27,020 nt of DNA from a candidate division WOR-3 bacterium (GTDB lineage Bacteria > Hydrothermota > Hydrothermia > JBDRYB01): NCBI GenBank assembly GCA_039803205.1, contig JBDRYB010000025.1, positions 1 to 27,020 of the forward strand. The letters are read 5' to 3'. Numbering within the stretch: position 1 is the first letter of the stretch; each line of letters starts with the position of its first letter. The position numbers were made by a program, and so were the translations under genes. Shown piece by piece: positions 1 to 9,516 of the stretch. Under the pieces are notes generated by a model that searched no databases, had not been told where the DNA came from, and saw only the letters and a list, made by a program, of their open reading frames with translations.

Positions 1-138
1 GAGGCCGGGGTATATTATAATCCTCCTCAATTCAGCAAATCTAAGTTAAGTCCTTGGGCCATCGGCATTTGCGTCTAAGCTCTTGCCGGAGAAGAACTTA
101 CGGTGGAATTAAAGTGGGTCATATCAGTGTTTCAGGCC

Positions 139-167
139 TTGATCGGCCACGGTTTTTTCAGTATAAT
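139..167 (+). promoter_or_regulatory. sigma70-type promoter for the Kelch-repeat gene
   Basis: TTGATC (139-144), 17-bp spacer, TATAAT (162-167); strong SD AAAGGAGGT precedes ATG 202. Confidence 0.7.
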
Positions 168-201
168 GTAACCACTAGCTAATGGTGAAAAGGAGGTTAC
201 G

Positions 202-1752
202 ATGAGCTTAACTTATACGGTCCTTTTGGGCATGACATGGTCAACATCCGCGAATGTGCCCACTGGTGTGGCATACCCATCTGGGGGCCACTACCTATAC
301 AACGGGGTTGTCTACTCTGTTTTGGCATCGGGTTGCACATCCCCATCATACACCTTCACCTACCAACATGTCTGGTTTGATCCCATAAACCTGAGCTACA
401 TCACGAAGCAGGATCACCCTCTCGCTGTCTACAAGATATCCGGCATAGCCGCGCCCTATTCCGGGACCAACTGCTTCTTCACATTCGGCGGCGAGTGGAC
501 GGATGGCATGAGCATCACCCTTTACAAGAGCGGCTACAGGTATAACCCGGGCGGCAACAGCTGGCAGAGCCTCGCGAATATACCTACAACCTATGGTAGC
601 GCTGGCCTCGCTCTCGGCTATTGGAGGGACACCATATACATCATAGGTGGAGCGGTCTATAATGAATCGGTGCCTTACAAAAACGCCTCAAATACCCTTT
701 ACAAGTATTCCATAACCAACAACAGCTACACCACGGGCACGAATGTCCCGTATAACATATCAGAGGCCGCTTACGCTACAGCAAGGAACTCAGCTGGGGA
801 TTCCTCGGTTTTCATCTTCGGGGGTTGCCAGGACTACGATGACAATTGGGGAACACCGAGCAACTTCACCACGAACACCTATGAATATCGGTTTTCAACA
901 GGCTCCTGGATCTCCCGGGCGAGCCTTCCGGGTCCTGCCAGGGCAGGAGCAGTTGCAACAGTCCTCAGGGGGAAAATCTATGTGATAGGCGGATACACGG
1001 GCTCCACGGATGTCAACAGGGTTGATATATATAACCCATCAAACAACTCCTGGTCCACCGGGCCTTCGCTCCCTTCCGGCCACGATGGCGGAGCCGCATC
1101 CGCGCCCGATCTGCCATTCAACTACTCCCCCACCCTTCTGTTCCCGCGGGATGGGGATACCATATGTAAGGATACCACATACGGGTTTGACTGGGATGTC
1201 GTTGGCCCCATAAAGATAGTCTACAATGGCGAGGGCACAATCACGGGCGTAACCAACTTCACATACATTCTGAGAACCGATATATCCAACAACATACTGA
1301 GATACACTCAAGACCCATCCTTTGGCACATACAACCAGGTTACCACATCTTCAACTAACTACAACCTCGCGCTGAACCAGACCGGATGGTGGTATTGGAC
1401 TGTGAGGTCAATTGACGAGCTCGGGGACAGCTCCCTTTGGTCAGATACATTCTCGGTCTATGTGAGGAACTGCGGGCTCGGCGAGGAAGAGCTCGGTCCA
1501 GGGAAACCGCTTGAGCTCAGGACAAGAGGGGTTTCTCTGGATGTGATAGAGCTTGACCTTCTTTGCTACGAGGCAAAGGGGCTTTGGCTTGAGGTCTATA
1601 ACCCGCTTGGCGTGCTCGTGGACAGGAGGAACGTTCCCGTAAGGCGAGGCCTCAACGCTATTTTGGTCCCGGTCCCAGCTAGCGGGACTTATGTCGTGCT
1701 CCTCAGGGATGGAGAGAGGGTTTTGACCAAGAAGGTAGCAATAGCAAAGTAG
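202..1752 (+). CDS. Secreted Kelch-repeat beta-propeller protein with Ig/FN3-like segment and degenerate T9SS-type C-terminal sorting domain
   Basis: 516 aa. Kelch blades with hydrophobic-GG ... Y..P....W signatures (FFTFGG, IYIIGG, VFIFGG, IYVIGG). PTLLFPRDG...WYWTVRSID...WSDTFS Ig-like module. C-terminus VYNPLG...SGTYVVLL...TKKVAIAK after an LGEEE linker. SD present. Confidence 0.8.
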   Translation: MSLTYTVLLGMTWSTSANVPTGVAYPSGGHYLYNGVVYSVLASGCTSPSYTFTYQHVWFDPINLSYITKQDHPLAVYKISGIAAPYSGTNCFFTFGGEWTDGMSITLYKSGYRYNPGGNSWQSLANIPTTYGSAGLALGYWRDTIYIIGGAVYNESVPYKNASNTLYKYSITNNSYTTGTNVPYNISEAAYATARNSAGDSSVFIFGGCQDYDDNWGTPSNFTTNTYEYRFSTGSWISRASLPGPARAGAVATVLRGKIYVIGGYTGSTDVNRVDIYNPSNNSWSTGPSLPSGHDGGAASAPDLPFNYSPTLLFPRDGDTICKDTTYGFDWDVVGPIKIVYNGEGTITGVTNFTYILRTDISNNILRYTQDPSFGTYNQVTTSSTNYNLALNQTGWWYWTVRSIDELGDSSLWSDTFSVYVRNCGLGEEELGPGKPLELRTRGVSLDVIELDLLCYEAKGLWLEVYNPLGVLVDRRNVPVRRGLNAILVPVPASGTYVVLLRDGERVLTKKVAIAK

Positions 1753-1762
1753 CCTCGAGTAG

Positions 1763-1792
1763 TTGCATCAGCTTGACCTTCTCCATTAAAAT
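1763..1792 (+). promoter_or_regulatory. putative sigma70 promoter for small membrane protein
   Basis: TTGCAT (1763-1768), 18 bp, TAAAAT (1787-1792); SD AAAGGAGG at 1808-1815. Confidence 0.45.
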
Positions 1793-1823
1793 TTGCGGGA
1801 ACCCGATAAAGGAGGTTTGATAA

Positions 1824-2108
1824 ATGGAGGATCCAAAAACAAGAGGTATACTGGTGCTGATACTGAACATCATCATCCCGGGTGTAGGTGGACTGATCTA
1901 CGCCGCAGGGGTGAAGGATGACCCGGAAAAGGCCAAGAAGGCGAGGACGAACGCCATAATCCAGCTCATCCTGTATGTTGGAGGCGTTGTGCTTTCGGTC
2001 TGCACATTCGGTATAACCGCTCTGGCATCTCTCGGCGCATGGATATGGGCCCTCATAGAAGGCATAAAGTACTTCCAGGAGCTCAGCAAGCAGGGCGCCT
2101 CTGCCTGA
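1824..2108 (+). CDS. Small integral membrane protein (TM2-domain-like)
   Basis: 94 aa, 2-3 hydrophobic helices, LNIIIPGVGGLIY...AIIQLIL...WIWALIEGI pattern; strong SD; followed by a terminator. Confidence 0.75.
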   Translation: MEDPKTRGILVLILNIIIPGVGGLIYAAGVKDDPEKAKKARTNAIIQLILYVGGVVLSVCTFGITALASLGAWIWALIEGIKYFQELSKQGASA

Positions 2109-2127
2109 ACATCATTCCGGAAACCAT

Positions 2128-2157
2128 GGCCCCGGCCCAGAGCCGGGGCTTTTTCTT
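2128..2157 (+). terminator. Rho-independent terminator
   Basis: GCCCCGGC-ccaga-GCCGGGGC perfect 8-bp GC stem followed by TTTTTCTT, about 20 nt after the stop at 2108. Confidence 0.8.
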
Positions 2158-2197
2158 GGGCAACACGAGGCAATCTTGCCGCGCTACCCCTTTGGCC

Positions 2198-2227
2198 TTG
2201 AAGGCCCTATGGGTTTGCCCGGATAAT
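2198..2227 (+). promoter_or_regulatory. putative leaderless promoter for aminotransferase
   Basis: TTGAAG (2198-2203), 18 bp, GATAAT (2222-2227), 7 nt to ATG 2235; no SD. Confidence 0.45.
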
Positions 2228-2234
2228 ATTCCCT

Positions 2235-3446
2235 ATGCGCATCTCAGAGAGAGCTCAGAGGGCTCAGGCAAGCCCAATAAGGAAGCTCGTTCCCTTGGCT
2301 GAAGCGGCAAAAGCCTCCGGCGTCACGGTTTATCACCTCAACATCGGCCAACCGGACATACCGAGCCCGCCTGAGGCCCTAAAGGCCATACGGGAGTGGG
2401 ATGGGTCTGTTCTCGCCTACGGCCACTCCGAGGGTCAGCGCTTCTACAGGGAGACCCTTGCCGGGTATTACAGGGGCCTTGGCCTTGATGTGAACCCAGA
2501 GGACATATTCGTCACGACGGCTGGTTCTGAGGCCATCATATTCGCGATGGCCGCGGTGGCCGATCCCGGGGATGAGATCATCGTTTTTGAACCCTTCTAT
2601 ACCAACTATAACGGGTTCTCGTCCATGGTCTCGGTCCGTCTCGTTCCTATAACCCTATCGGTGGAGAACGGGTTTCATTTGCCGGACAAACGGGTCATTG
2701 AGTCAAGGATAACCCAGAAAACAAGGGCTATCCTCTATTGTTCCCCTAATAACCCAACTGGAACCGTCTACACGAGGGATGAGGTGGCCATGCTCGCGGA
2801 AATAGCGGCCGAACATGATCTTTTTCTCATGGGTGACGAGGTCTACAGGGAATTCATATACGACGATGGGGTAACCCACACATCTGTCCTCTCCTTCCCA
2901 GAGATTCGGGATAGGGCTATCATGCTTGATAGCATATCCAAGCGCTTCTCCATGTGCGGGGCCCGGATAGGCAACATAGTCACGAAAAACAGGGATGTCT
3001 GGAATGCTTGCCTGAAGTTCGGCCAGGCAAGGCTCTGCCCCCCTCAGCTGGAACAAGTAGCCGCTGACGCCGCATACAAGATCCCGCCAGAGGATTATAT
3101 TATGCCCATGATAGACGAGTATAGGAACCGGAGAAACGCCGTATACGAAGCCTTGAAGAAAATGCCCGGCGTTAGATCGTTCCTCCCTGAGGGGGCTTTT
3201 TACACGGTTGCCGCTCTTCCAGTTGATGATGCCGATGAGTTCTGCGCCTGGCTCCTCTCGGACTTCTGGAAGGTTGAAGGCCTAAAGGAAACCCTGATGC
3301 TGGCGCCTGCCTCCGGATTCTACGCGACCCCTGGCGCTGGCAAAAACGAGGTCAGGATAGCGTATGTGCTTGAGTGCGGAGCTCTGAGAAGGGCCATGGA
3401 GCTCCTCGCGAGGGCCTTGGAGGTATATCCGGGGACAAAAGCCTAG
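2235..3446 (+). CDS. PLP-dependent class I/II aminotransferase (aspartate aminotransferase family)
   Basis: 403 aa; LNIGQPD, SPNNPTG, DEVY and [15 protein letters not shown] (PLP-lysine motif). Confidence 0.93.
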   Translation: MRISERAQRAQASPIRKLVPLAEAAKASGVTVYHLNIGQPDIPSPPEALKAIREWDGSVLAYGHSEGQRFYRETLAGYYRGLGLDVNPEDIFVTTAGSEAIIFAMAAVADPGDEIIVFEPFYTNYNGFSSMVSVRLVPITLSVENGFHLPDKRVIESRITQKTRAILYCSPNNPTGTVYTRDEVAMLAEIAAEHDLFLMGDEVYREFIYDDGVTHTSVLSFPEIRDRAIMLDSISKRFSMCGARIGNIVTKNRDVWNACLKFGQARLCPPQLEQVAADAAYKIPPEDYIMPMIDEYRNRRNAVYEALKKMPGVRSFLPEGAFYTVAALPVDDADEFCAWLLSDFWKVEGLKETLMLAPASGFYATPGAGKNEVRIAYVLECGALRRAMELLARALEVYPGTKA

Positions 3447-3486
3447 CCTTTCTGGAACGGGCTCCGCCAGAAGCTTTAGAATTTTC

Positions 3487-6400
3487 ATGGACATGATGGA
3501 ATATAGGCCAAAAAACAAGGTGAGATTTGTGACAGCGACCTCGCTTTTTGATGGGCATGATGTGTCCATTAACCTGATAAGGCGATTTTTGGTTGAGGCT
3601 GGTGCTGAGGTAATACACCTTGGCCACAACCGGTCCGCGGGGGAGATAGTCAGCGCCGCGATCCAAGAGGACGCGCAGGCTGTCGCTGTCTCTTCTTATC
3701 AGGGTGGGCACATGATGTTCTACAAGTATATAAGGGACCTGCTTGATGAGCGCGGGGCTGGCCACATAAAGGTTTTTGGCGGAGGCGGAGGGGTGATTAT
3801 ACCGAGGGAGATAAAGGAACTGGGCCAATACGGCATAAAGATATACTCGCCTGAGGATGGACGGAGGCTTGGGCTTTCGGGGATGATAGAGGAGATGGTG
3901 AGGGAATCCGACTTCTCAACGACCGATGGCCTAGATGATTCGGTCTATCTGAAGCTGGCAGAGGGGGACCACGGAGCCATAGCCAAGTTAATAACACTGG
4001 TTGAGAACTCTCCGAACGGCAAGAGCAAACGAGCGCTCGTTAACAGGATAAGGGGCTTGCAGGCCAGAAAGACACCGGTTATCGGAATAACAGGCACGGG
4101 CGGCGCTGGGAAGAGTTCGGTCCTGGATGAGATAGTCTGGCGGATACTTGAACGCACGAAGGACAAAAGGATAGCCATCATCTCAGTTGACCCGACGAGA
4201 ACCAAGACCGGAGGAGCGCTGCTTGGGGACAGGATAAGGATGAACCACATCCAGGACCAGAGGGTCTACATGCGTTCTTTGGCAACACGGGGAGCGAAGT
4301 CCGAGCTCTCAAGAGCAACGAGGGATGCCATTGAGATCCTCAGGGCAGGAGGATTTGACCTCATCTTTGTTGAGACGGGCGGAATAGGCCAAGGCGACAC
4401 GGAGATAACGAAGGTCTCAGATGTGTCCCTATATGTGATGACCCCGGAATACGGAGCCGCTCTGCAGCTGGAAAAGATTGACATGCTTGATTACGCTGAC
4501 ATCGTCGTCATAAACAAGTTTGAGAGGAGGGGCGCGTGGGAGGCGCTTCGGGATGTCAGGAAGCAGTTCAGGAGGAACCACGGGATCGATCACTCTGTTC
4601 CGGATGAGGACCTGCCCATTATTGGAACCATAGCGAGCCGTTTCAACGATATTGGGGTCAATGCTTTGTATGGGCTTATGGTTGAGAAGCTCCGCGAGAA
4701 GCTCGGCTACGAGCTCGATCCGGACGCTCACTACGAGAATGACTGGCTGGCGCGCAAAGATTACACCATAATACCGCGGGACAGGGAGAACTACCTCTCT
4801 GAGATAGCCAAGACCGTCCGAGATTACAAGAGAAGGGGTAGGGAGCAGGTAGCGATCGCCAGGAGGCTTTACCAGCTTGACGGCGCCATAAGAGCCTCCT
4901 CAGAGAACAGCGTTCCAGCCGAGGTGATTGAGCACCTCAGGAAGCTCAGAAAATCTTATGAGGAAAAGCTCTTGCCGGAAGCGAAGGCCCTCCTTGAGGG
5001 TTGGGACGATCTCGTCAAATGCTACTCATCAGATACACTAACCATAAGGGTCAGGGACAAACAGATAACCCACCAGCTCTATCATAAAACCCTCTCAGGG
5101 ACAAGGATACCGAAGATCGCTCTTCCGAAATACGAGGACTACGGCGAGCGCCTCAAGTATCTCTGGTTTGAAAATGTCCCCGGCCGATTCCCTTTCACGG
5201 GGGGCACATTCCCTCTCAGGAGAACGGAGGAGGAGCCGCGCCGCCAGTTCGCTGGAGAGGGGGGGCCTGAGCGGACCAACAAGAGGTTTCATTATCTAAC
5301 CAGGCACGATCCCATGAAAAGGCTCTCGGTCGCTTTTGACAGCCCGACCCTTTACGGAGAGGATCCGGATGAGCGCCCCGACATATACGGAAAGATAGGC
5401 GAGGGAGGGGTAAGCATATGCACCCTTGACGACATGAAGAGGATGCTGGAGGGTTTTGATCTCTGCCATCCTTTAACGAGCGTCTCCATGACCATAAACG
5501 GCCCTGCTCCAGTTATACTCGCCATGTTCTTCAACACAGCGATAGATCAGCAGATAGAGAGATTCCGGAGGGAACACGGACGCGAGCCAACGGATGCCGA
5601 GAGGGAGGAGATAAAGAGCCGGACCCTCCAGACCGTCCGGGGAACCGTCCAGGCTGACATCCTGAAAGAGGATCAGGGCCAAAACACATGCATATTCTCA
5701 ATAGATTTCGCGCTCAGGCTCATGGGTGATGTTCAGGAGTATTTCATCCAGAACGGGATAAGAAACTTCTACTCAGTGAGCATAAGCGGGTATCACATAG
5801 CGGAGGCTGGAGCCAACCCCATAACCCAGCTCGCGTTCACCCTCGCCAACGGCTTCACCTATGTTGAGTATTACCTGAGCCGGGGCATGAAGATAGACGA
5901 CTTCGCTCCAAACCTCTCTTTCTTCTTCTCGAACGGCATGGACCCTGAATACTCGGTCCTCGGAAGGGTGGCGAGGAGGATATGGGCTATTGCCATGAGG
6001 GAGAGATACCACGGGAACGAGCGATCTCAGAAGTTGAAGTATCACATCCAGACCTCGGGTAGGTCCCTCCACGCCCAGGAGATGGCATTCAACGACATAA
6101 GGACAACCCTCCAGGCCCTTATCGCGTATTACGATAACTGCAATTCCCTTCACACCAACTCATACGACGAGGCAGTGACAACCCCAACAGAGGAATCCGT
6201 GCGACGGGCCGTGGCTATACAGCTGATAGTGGCGAGGGAGTTCGGCCTGACCAAGAACGAGAACATCTCTCAAGGAAGTTTCATAATGGAGGAGCTTACG
6301 GATCTGGTTGAGGAGGCTGTTCTTGCGGAATTTGAGCGTATTTCAGAGCGTGGGGGAGTCCTCGGAGCCATGGAGCTCGGGTATCAGAGGGGAAGGATAC

Positions 6401-6747
6401 AGGAGGAATCCATGGTCTACGAGATGAAAAAGCATTCTGGCGAGCTCCCCATTATAGGGGTCAACACATTCGTGAACCCTGATATAACCCCTGAGGACTT
6501 CATCCCCCAGGACATCCAGCTGGCGAGGGCAACAGAGGAAGAGAAGCGCGCGCAGCTGGAGAACCTTCGGGCCTTCCAGGAGAGAAACAAGGATAAGGCG
6601 CGCGAGGCTCTTGAGAGGCTCAAGCGCGTCGCGCAGGAGGGCGGCAACATCTTCGCGGAGCTAATGGAGGCCGTGAAATACGCCAGCCTCGGCCAGATAA
6701 CGCACGCCCTTTACGAGATAGGCGGAAGATACAGGAGGAACATGTGA
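3487..6747 (+). CDS. icmF: Fused isobutyryl-CoA mutase / MeaB-like GTPase (B12-dependent)
   Basis: 1086 aa. N-terminal B12-binding domain (SLFDGHD...SSYQGGH). MeaB/ArgK GTPase ([23 protein letters not shown]). Mutase barrel with RQFAGEG (Phe typical of ICM rather than the Tyr of MCM), [30 protein letters not shown]-terminal GGRYRRNM. Confidence 0.95.
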   Translation: MDMMEYRPKNKVRFVTATSLFDGHDVSINLIRRFLVEAGAEVIHLGHNRSAGEIVSAAIQEDAQAVAVSSYQGGHMMFYKYIRDLLDERGAGHIKVFGGGGGVIIPREIKELGQYGIKIYSPEDGRRLGLSGMIEEMVRESDFSTTDGLDDSVYLKLAEGDHGAIAKLITLVENSPNGKSKRALVNRIRGLQARKTPVIGITGTGGAGKSSVLDEIVWRILERTKDKRIAIISVDPTRTKTGGALLGDRIRMNHIQDQRVYMRSLATRGAKSELSRATRDAIEILRAGGFDLIFVETGGIGQGDTEITKVSDVSLYVMTPEYGAALQLEKIDMLDYADIVVINKFERRGAWEALRDVRKQFRRNHGIDHSVPDEDLPIIGTIASRFNDIGVNALYGLMVEKLREKLGYELDPDAHYENDWLARKDYTIIPRDRENYLSEIAKTVRDYKRRGREQVAIARRLYQLDGAIRASSENSVPAEVIEHLRKLRKSYEEKLLPEAKALLEGWDDLVKCYSSDTLTIRVRDKQITHQLYHKTLSGTRIPKIALPKYEDYGERLKYLWFENVPGRFPFTGGTFPLRRTEEEPRRQFAGEGGPERTNKRFHYLTRHDPMKRLSVAFDSPTLYGEDPDERPDIYGKIGEGGVSICTLDDMKRMLEGFDLCHPLTSVSMTINGPAPVILAMFFNTAIDQQIERFRREHGREPTDAEREEIKSRTLQTVRGTVQADILKEDQGQNTCIFSIDFALRLMGDVQEYFIQNGIRNFYSVSISGYHIAEAGANPITQLAFTLANGFTYVEYYLSRGMKIDDFAPNLSFFFSNGMDPEYSVLGRVARRIWAIAMRERYHGNERSQKLKYHIQTSGRSLHAQEMAFNDIRTTLQALIAYYDNCNSLHTNSYDEAVTTPTEESVRRAVAIQLIVAREFGLTKNENISQGSFIMEELTDLVEEAVLAEFERISERGGVLGAMELGYQRGRIQEESMVYEMKKHSGELPIIGVNTFVNPDITPEDFIPQDIQLARATEEEKRAQLENLRAFQERNKDKAREALERLKRVAQEGGNIFAELMEAVKYASLGQITHALYEIGGRYRRNM

Positions 6748-7115
6748 GCGCGGAGTGGACAGAAGAGGAGATATTGGAGTATCTCAATAGGGCATCGGCA
6801 TATCAGCGGGTCTTCTTAGCCGCTTTGGCCCATCTGGAACGCGAACCAGCCCCAATCTCGGAGATCGTTCTCCTGTTGAGAAAAATAAGCGCAAAAACGG
6901 GTCGCTGGTGGATAAGGACAAACACAGCCGGGCAGGAGATAGGGGGAGCCTACAGCGGCCTCATCAGGAGAAGGAAAAACCTGGGAAAAACCGAGGACAT
7001 AGTTGAACGGGTATTGGACGAGAGGACAGGCGAACCCCTCTTCAGGCTTAACGAAAAATATAAGGACGCCGTAATTAAGTGGCTCAAGGAGAAGGGGCTT
7101 TGGATCAAACGATAG
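6744..7115 (+). CDS. Hypothetical protein, possibly winged-helix-like, translationally coupled to icmF
   Basis: 123 aa; GTG start overlaps the icmF stop (GTGA) with upstream AGGAGG; host-like codon usage; basic, helical pattern. Confidence 0.7.
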   Translation: MSAEWTEEEILEYLNRASAYQRVFLAALAHLEREPAPISEIVLLLRKISAKTGRWWIRTNTAGQEIGGAYSGLIRRRKNLGKTEDIVERVLDERTGEPLFRLNEKYKDAVIKWLKEKGLWIKR

Positions 7116-7136
7116 CCAGCGGGCACAAGGGTTAAG

Positions 7137-7166
7137 TTGCCCCAACGGGCTTAGATGCCGTAATAT
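7137..7166 (+). promoter_or_regulatory. putative leaderless promoter for lipoprotein-mltG
   Basis: TTGCCC (7137-7142), 18 bp, TAATAT (7161-7166), 7 nt to ATG 7174; no SD. Confidence 0.4.
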
Positions 7167-7173
7167 TTTCAAT

Positions 7174-7968
7174 ATGCTTAAAAGGATCGGCTTTCTGGTC
7201 ATATTAGGTTTCATTATCGTGTCCTGCGACGAGCGCGGACTGGCCGGTAGCCCACAGATAAAACTCAAAGTTGAAGAAGGGGGGGCCGCGGTCACGATCA
7301 GCTGGTATAATGTCGTGGGCGCTGAACGCTACCAGCTCTGGGTTGACGGGGTTAAGGTCTACGAGGGAACCGACACATCTTATTATCTCGCAAACCCCGC
7401 GAGAAAGATAAGAACCGTCGCAATAGGTGGAACAGAAAGCACGATGGATGAGGTGGACCTCTCTGCCGTTACCGACACGGTTGAGGAGGTCTATGAGCGG
7501 GATGGTGAAGGGGTATGCGCCATAGGTTTCACCGGAGACGGAAAATTCGTTCTCTATGCGCTCTCCGACACGAGCCACGATGAGGATTTTACCCTTTACA
7601 TGGATGATTTCCGCCCAGACACCACTAATCCGGATTCGGTCCGGATGGTTTCTTCTAACTTTAACGCCTTTGGTGACCCCTTCAACAAAAAGAGGACATG
7701 GTTCGCTTTCTGGGGCCCGGATAGCCTCTTGGCTCCGGATACAGCCTCTTATCAGCAGAGATATTCTCCTGTTCTAAAGCCTGATTCTGTTTACGCGCTC
7801 TGGCTGGATCCGGACACGAATGGTTGGAATGCTGGCCACAATTATGATTACTTCCTGAAGGTGAGAATCTTATCCGGGCCGGATTCCGCTGGAAAGATCT
7901 CATTCCAATACTGGTTCCAGAGAATAGGGGGCCTGAGGTGGATACCTGAGCCGGTTAAACAGGAATGA
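7174..7968 (+). CDS. Lipoprotein of unknown function (beta-rich)
   Basis: 264 aa; signal peptide MLKRIGFLVILGFIIVS-C with lipobox Cys; stop overlaps mltG start (ATGA). Confidence 0.8.
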   Translation: MLKRIGFLVILGFIIVSCDERGLAGSPQIKLKVEEGGAAVTISWYNVVGAERYQLWVDGVKVYEGTDTSYYLANPARKIRTVAIGGTESTMDEVDLSAVTDTVEEVYERDGEGVCAIGFTGDGKFVLYALSDTSHDEDFTLYMDDFRPDTTNPDSVRMVSSNFNAFGDPFNKKRTWFAFWGPDSLLAPDTASYQQRYSPVLKPDSVYALWLDPDTNGWNAGHNYDYFLKVRILSGPDSAGKISFQYWFQRIGGLRWIPEPVKQE

Positions 7969-8972
7969 AACTGAGGGCTTGGCTAACAGCATTAGGAATA
8001 ATTCTGGCGCTAGCCCTTGTGGTTTTGGCCTATTTTGGAGGCCCGGTAGGAGAGGAGATCAGGGTTTCGCTTGCCAGAGGCCAATCCCTGGCAAGTTTCG
8101 CGGACAGCCTTAAGGCAAAAAGGGTTATAGAGAGCCCAGCCCTGTTTCTTTTGTTTTTGAGAGCCTCCGGGAGGGAAAGCCGCATAGGAGCCGGCTATTA
8201 TACTTTTAGGAAATACGATCACGAGTGGAGGGCGCTGGGGAGGCTCCTGGCCGGTCCGACCGGAAGCCTTGAGGTTAAGATAACGATACCTGAGGGCACA
8301 ACAGGCGCGGAGATGGCAGGGTTATTTGCGGACAGCATAGGCCTGGATTCGGCTGAGTTTTGCTCCCTCATGAAGGATCAGGCTTTCATTGATTCCCTCG
8401 CGAGGATATACCCATACCTCGCTGGCGTGAAGAGTCTTGAGGGGTTTCTGTTCCCGGATACATATTTCTTTTACAAGGGAGAGAAGCCAGCTACCCTCAT
8501 GAAAAGGATGATTGAAAGGCACTTCTCGTTTTGGACCCCCGAGCGCCTGGCTGCCGCAGAGGAGCTCCGCTTGAGCGTCCCGGATGTGATAAAACTTGCT
8601 TCCCTTGTGGAGCGGGAAACCAAGCTTGACGAGGAAAGGCCGATTATCGCTGGGATTTTCATGAACAGATTGAGAAAGAGGATGCCCCTCGCATCCAACA
8701 GCGCCCTCGGATATGTCCTCGGTAAAAACCCTGCCTGGCTCACTGAGGAGGACCTAATGATAGAAAGCCCATACAACACCTACAAAAGGCTCGGCCTCCC
8801 CCCAACCCCAATATGCAACCCCGGCCTCGCGTCCATAGACGCTGTCCTCCACCCAAGAGAGACCAATTACCTGTATTTTGTCGCCACACGGGAGGGGAAA
8901 CACCTATTTTCATCAACATACGAGGAGCATCAGAGGAATGTAGAGAAGGTGAGGGAGAGCTGGGGTAGGTAG
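7965..8972 (+). CDS. mltG: Endolytic murein transglycosylase MltG (YceG family)
   Basis: 335 aa; N-terminal TM anchor, ITIPEG, LEGFLFPDTY, LASLVERE (catalytic Glu), SPYNTY..GLPPTPICNPG, YLYFVA. Confidence 0.92.
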   Translation: MKLRAWLTALGIILALALVVLAYFGGPVGEEIRVSLARGQSLASFADSLKAKRVIESPALFLLFLRASGRESRIGAGYYTFRKYDHEWRALGRLLAGPTGSLEVKITIPEGTTGAEMAGLFADSIGLDSAEFCSLMKDQAFIDSLARIYPYLAGVKSLEGFLFPDTYFFYKGEKPATLMKRMIERHFSFWTPERLAAAEELRLSVPDVIKLASLVERETKLDEERPIIAGIFMNRLRKRMPLASNSALGYVLGKNPAWLTEEDLMIESPYNTYKRLGLPPTPICNPGLASIDAVLHPRETNYLYFVATREGKHLFSSTYEEHQRNVEKVRESWGR

Positions 8973-9021
8973 CTCCGGCCCTTGATCATCCATGCTTTTC
9001 CCCTTAATAATTTCAATTGAA

Positions 9022-9498
9022 ATGATTTGGATTTTGTCTCTTTTGGCAAAACCTGTCCCCGTGGCCATCTATGGGGTGGAGAAGTTGGGTGATTCATATA
9101 ACGCTATCCTCGTTGATACCCTGAGCGAGAGGTTCGTGCTGATAGGCATCAGCGAGGATCAAGCCCTCTCGCTCCAGCTTGGGCTTTACGGGATGAGCTG
9201 GACGAGGCCTCTCACCCATGACCTCTTCATGTCAGCCCTGGATTCACTTGGCTATAAGGTCAAAAAGGTCGTTATCACGAAGCTCGAGAAGAATGTCTTC
9301 TACGCGGAGCTTCACCTTTCAAACGGCAAAAGGACCGTAGTGCTTGATGCGAGGCCATCGGACGCGCTCTCTCTCGCGGCGAGGGCCAAAGCGCCCGTTT
9401 TCGTTGAGGAGAAGGTTTTTGAGAAATACATGGAGGACTTCATGAGGATGCTCAGGGAGATGTGGGAGGGGGAGGAAGAGGAGTGGATAGGTATATGA
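9022..9498 (+). CDS. Bifunctional nuclease family protein (DUF151/BFN)
   Basis: RPLTHDL, VVITKLEKNVFYAEL, LDARPSDALSLA motifs. The ORF track starts at 8992, but that ATG lies within a TTGATC/TAATAA promoter-like stretch, so ATG 9022 is preferred. Confidence 0.85.
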   Translation: MIWILSLLAKPVPVAIYGVEKLGDSYNAILVDTLSERFVLIGISEDQALSLQLGLYGMSWTRPLTHDLFMSALDSLGYKVKKVVITKLEKNVFYAELHLSNGKRTVVLDARPSDALSLAARAKAPVFVEEKVFEKYMEDFMRMLREMWEGEEEEWIGI

Positions 9499-9516
9499 GG
9501 TTCTTCCCCGGAGGAA

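Noticed and set aside
3487..6747. Methylmalonyl-CoA mutase annotation
   Set aside because: The domain order (B12-binding, GTPase, mutase) and the RQFAGEG Phe indicate IcmF
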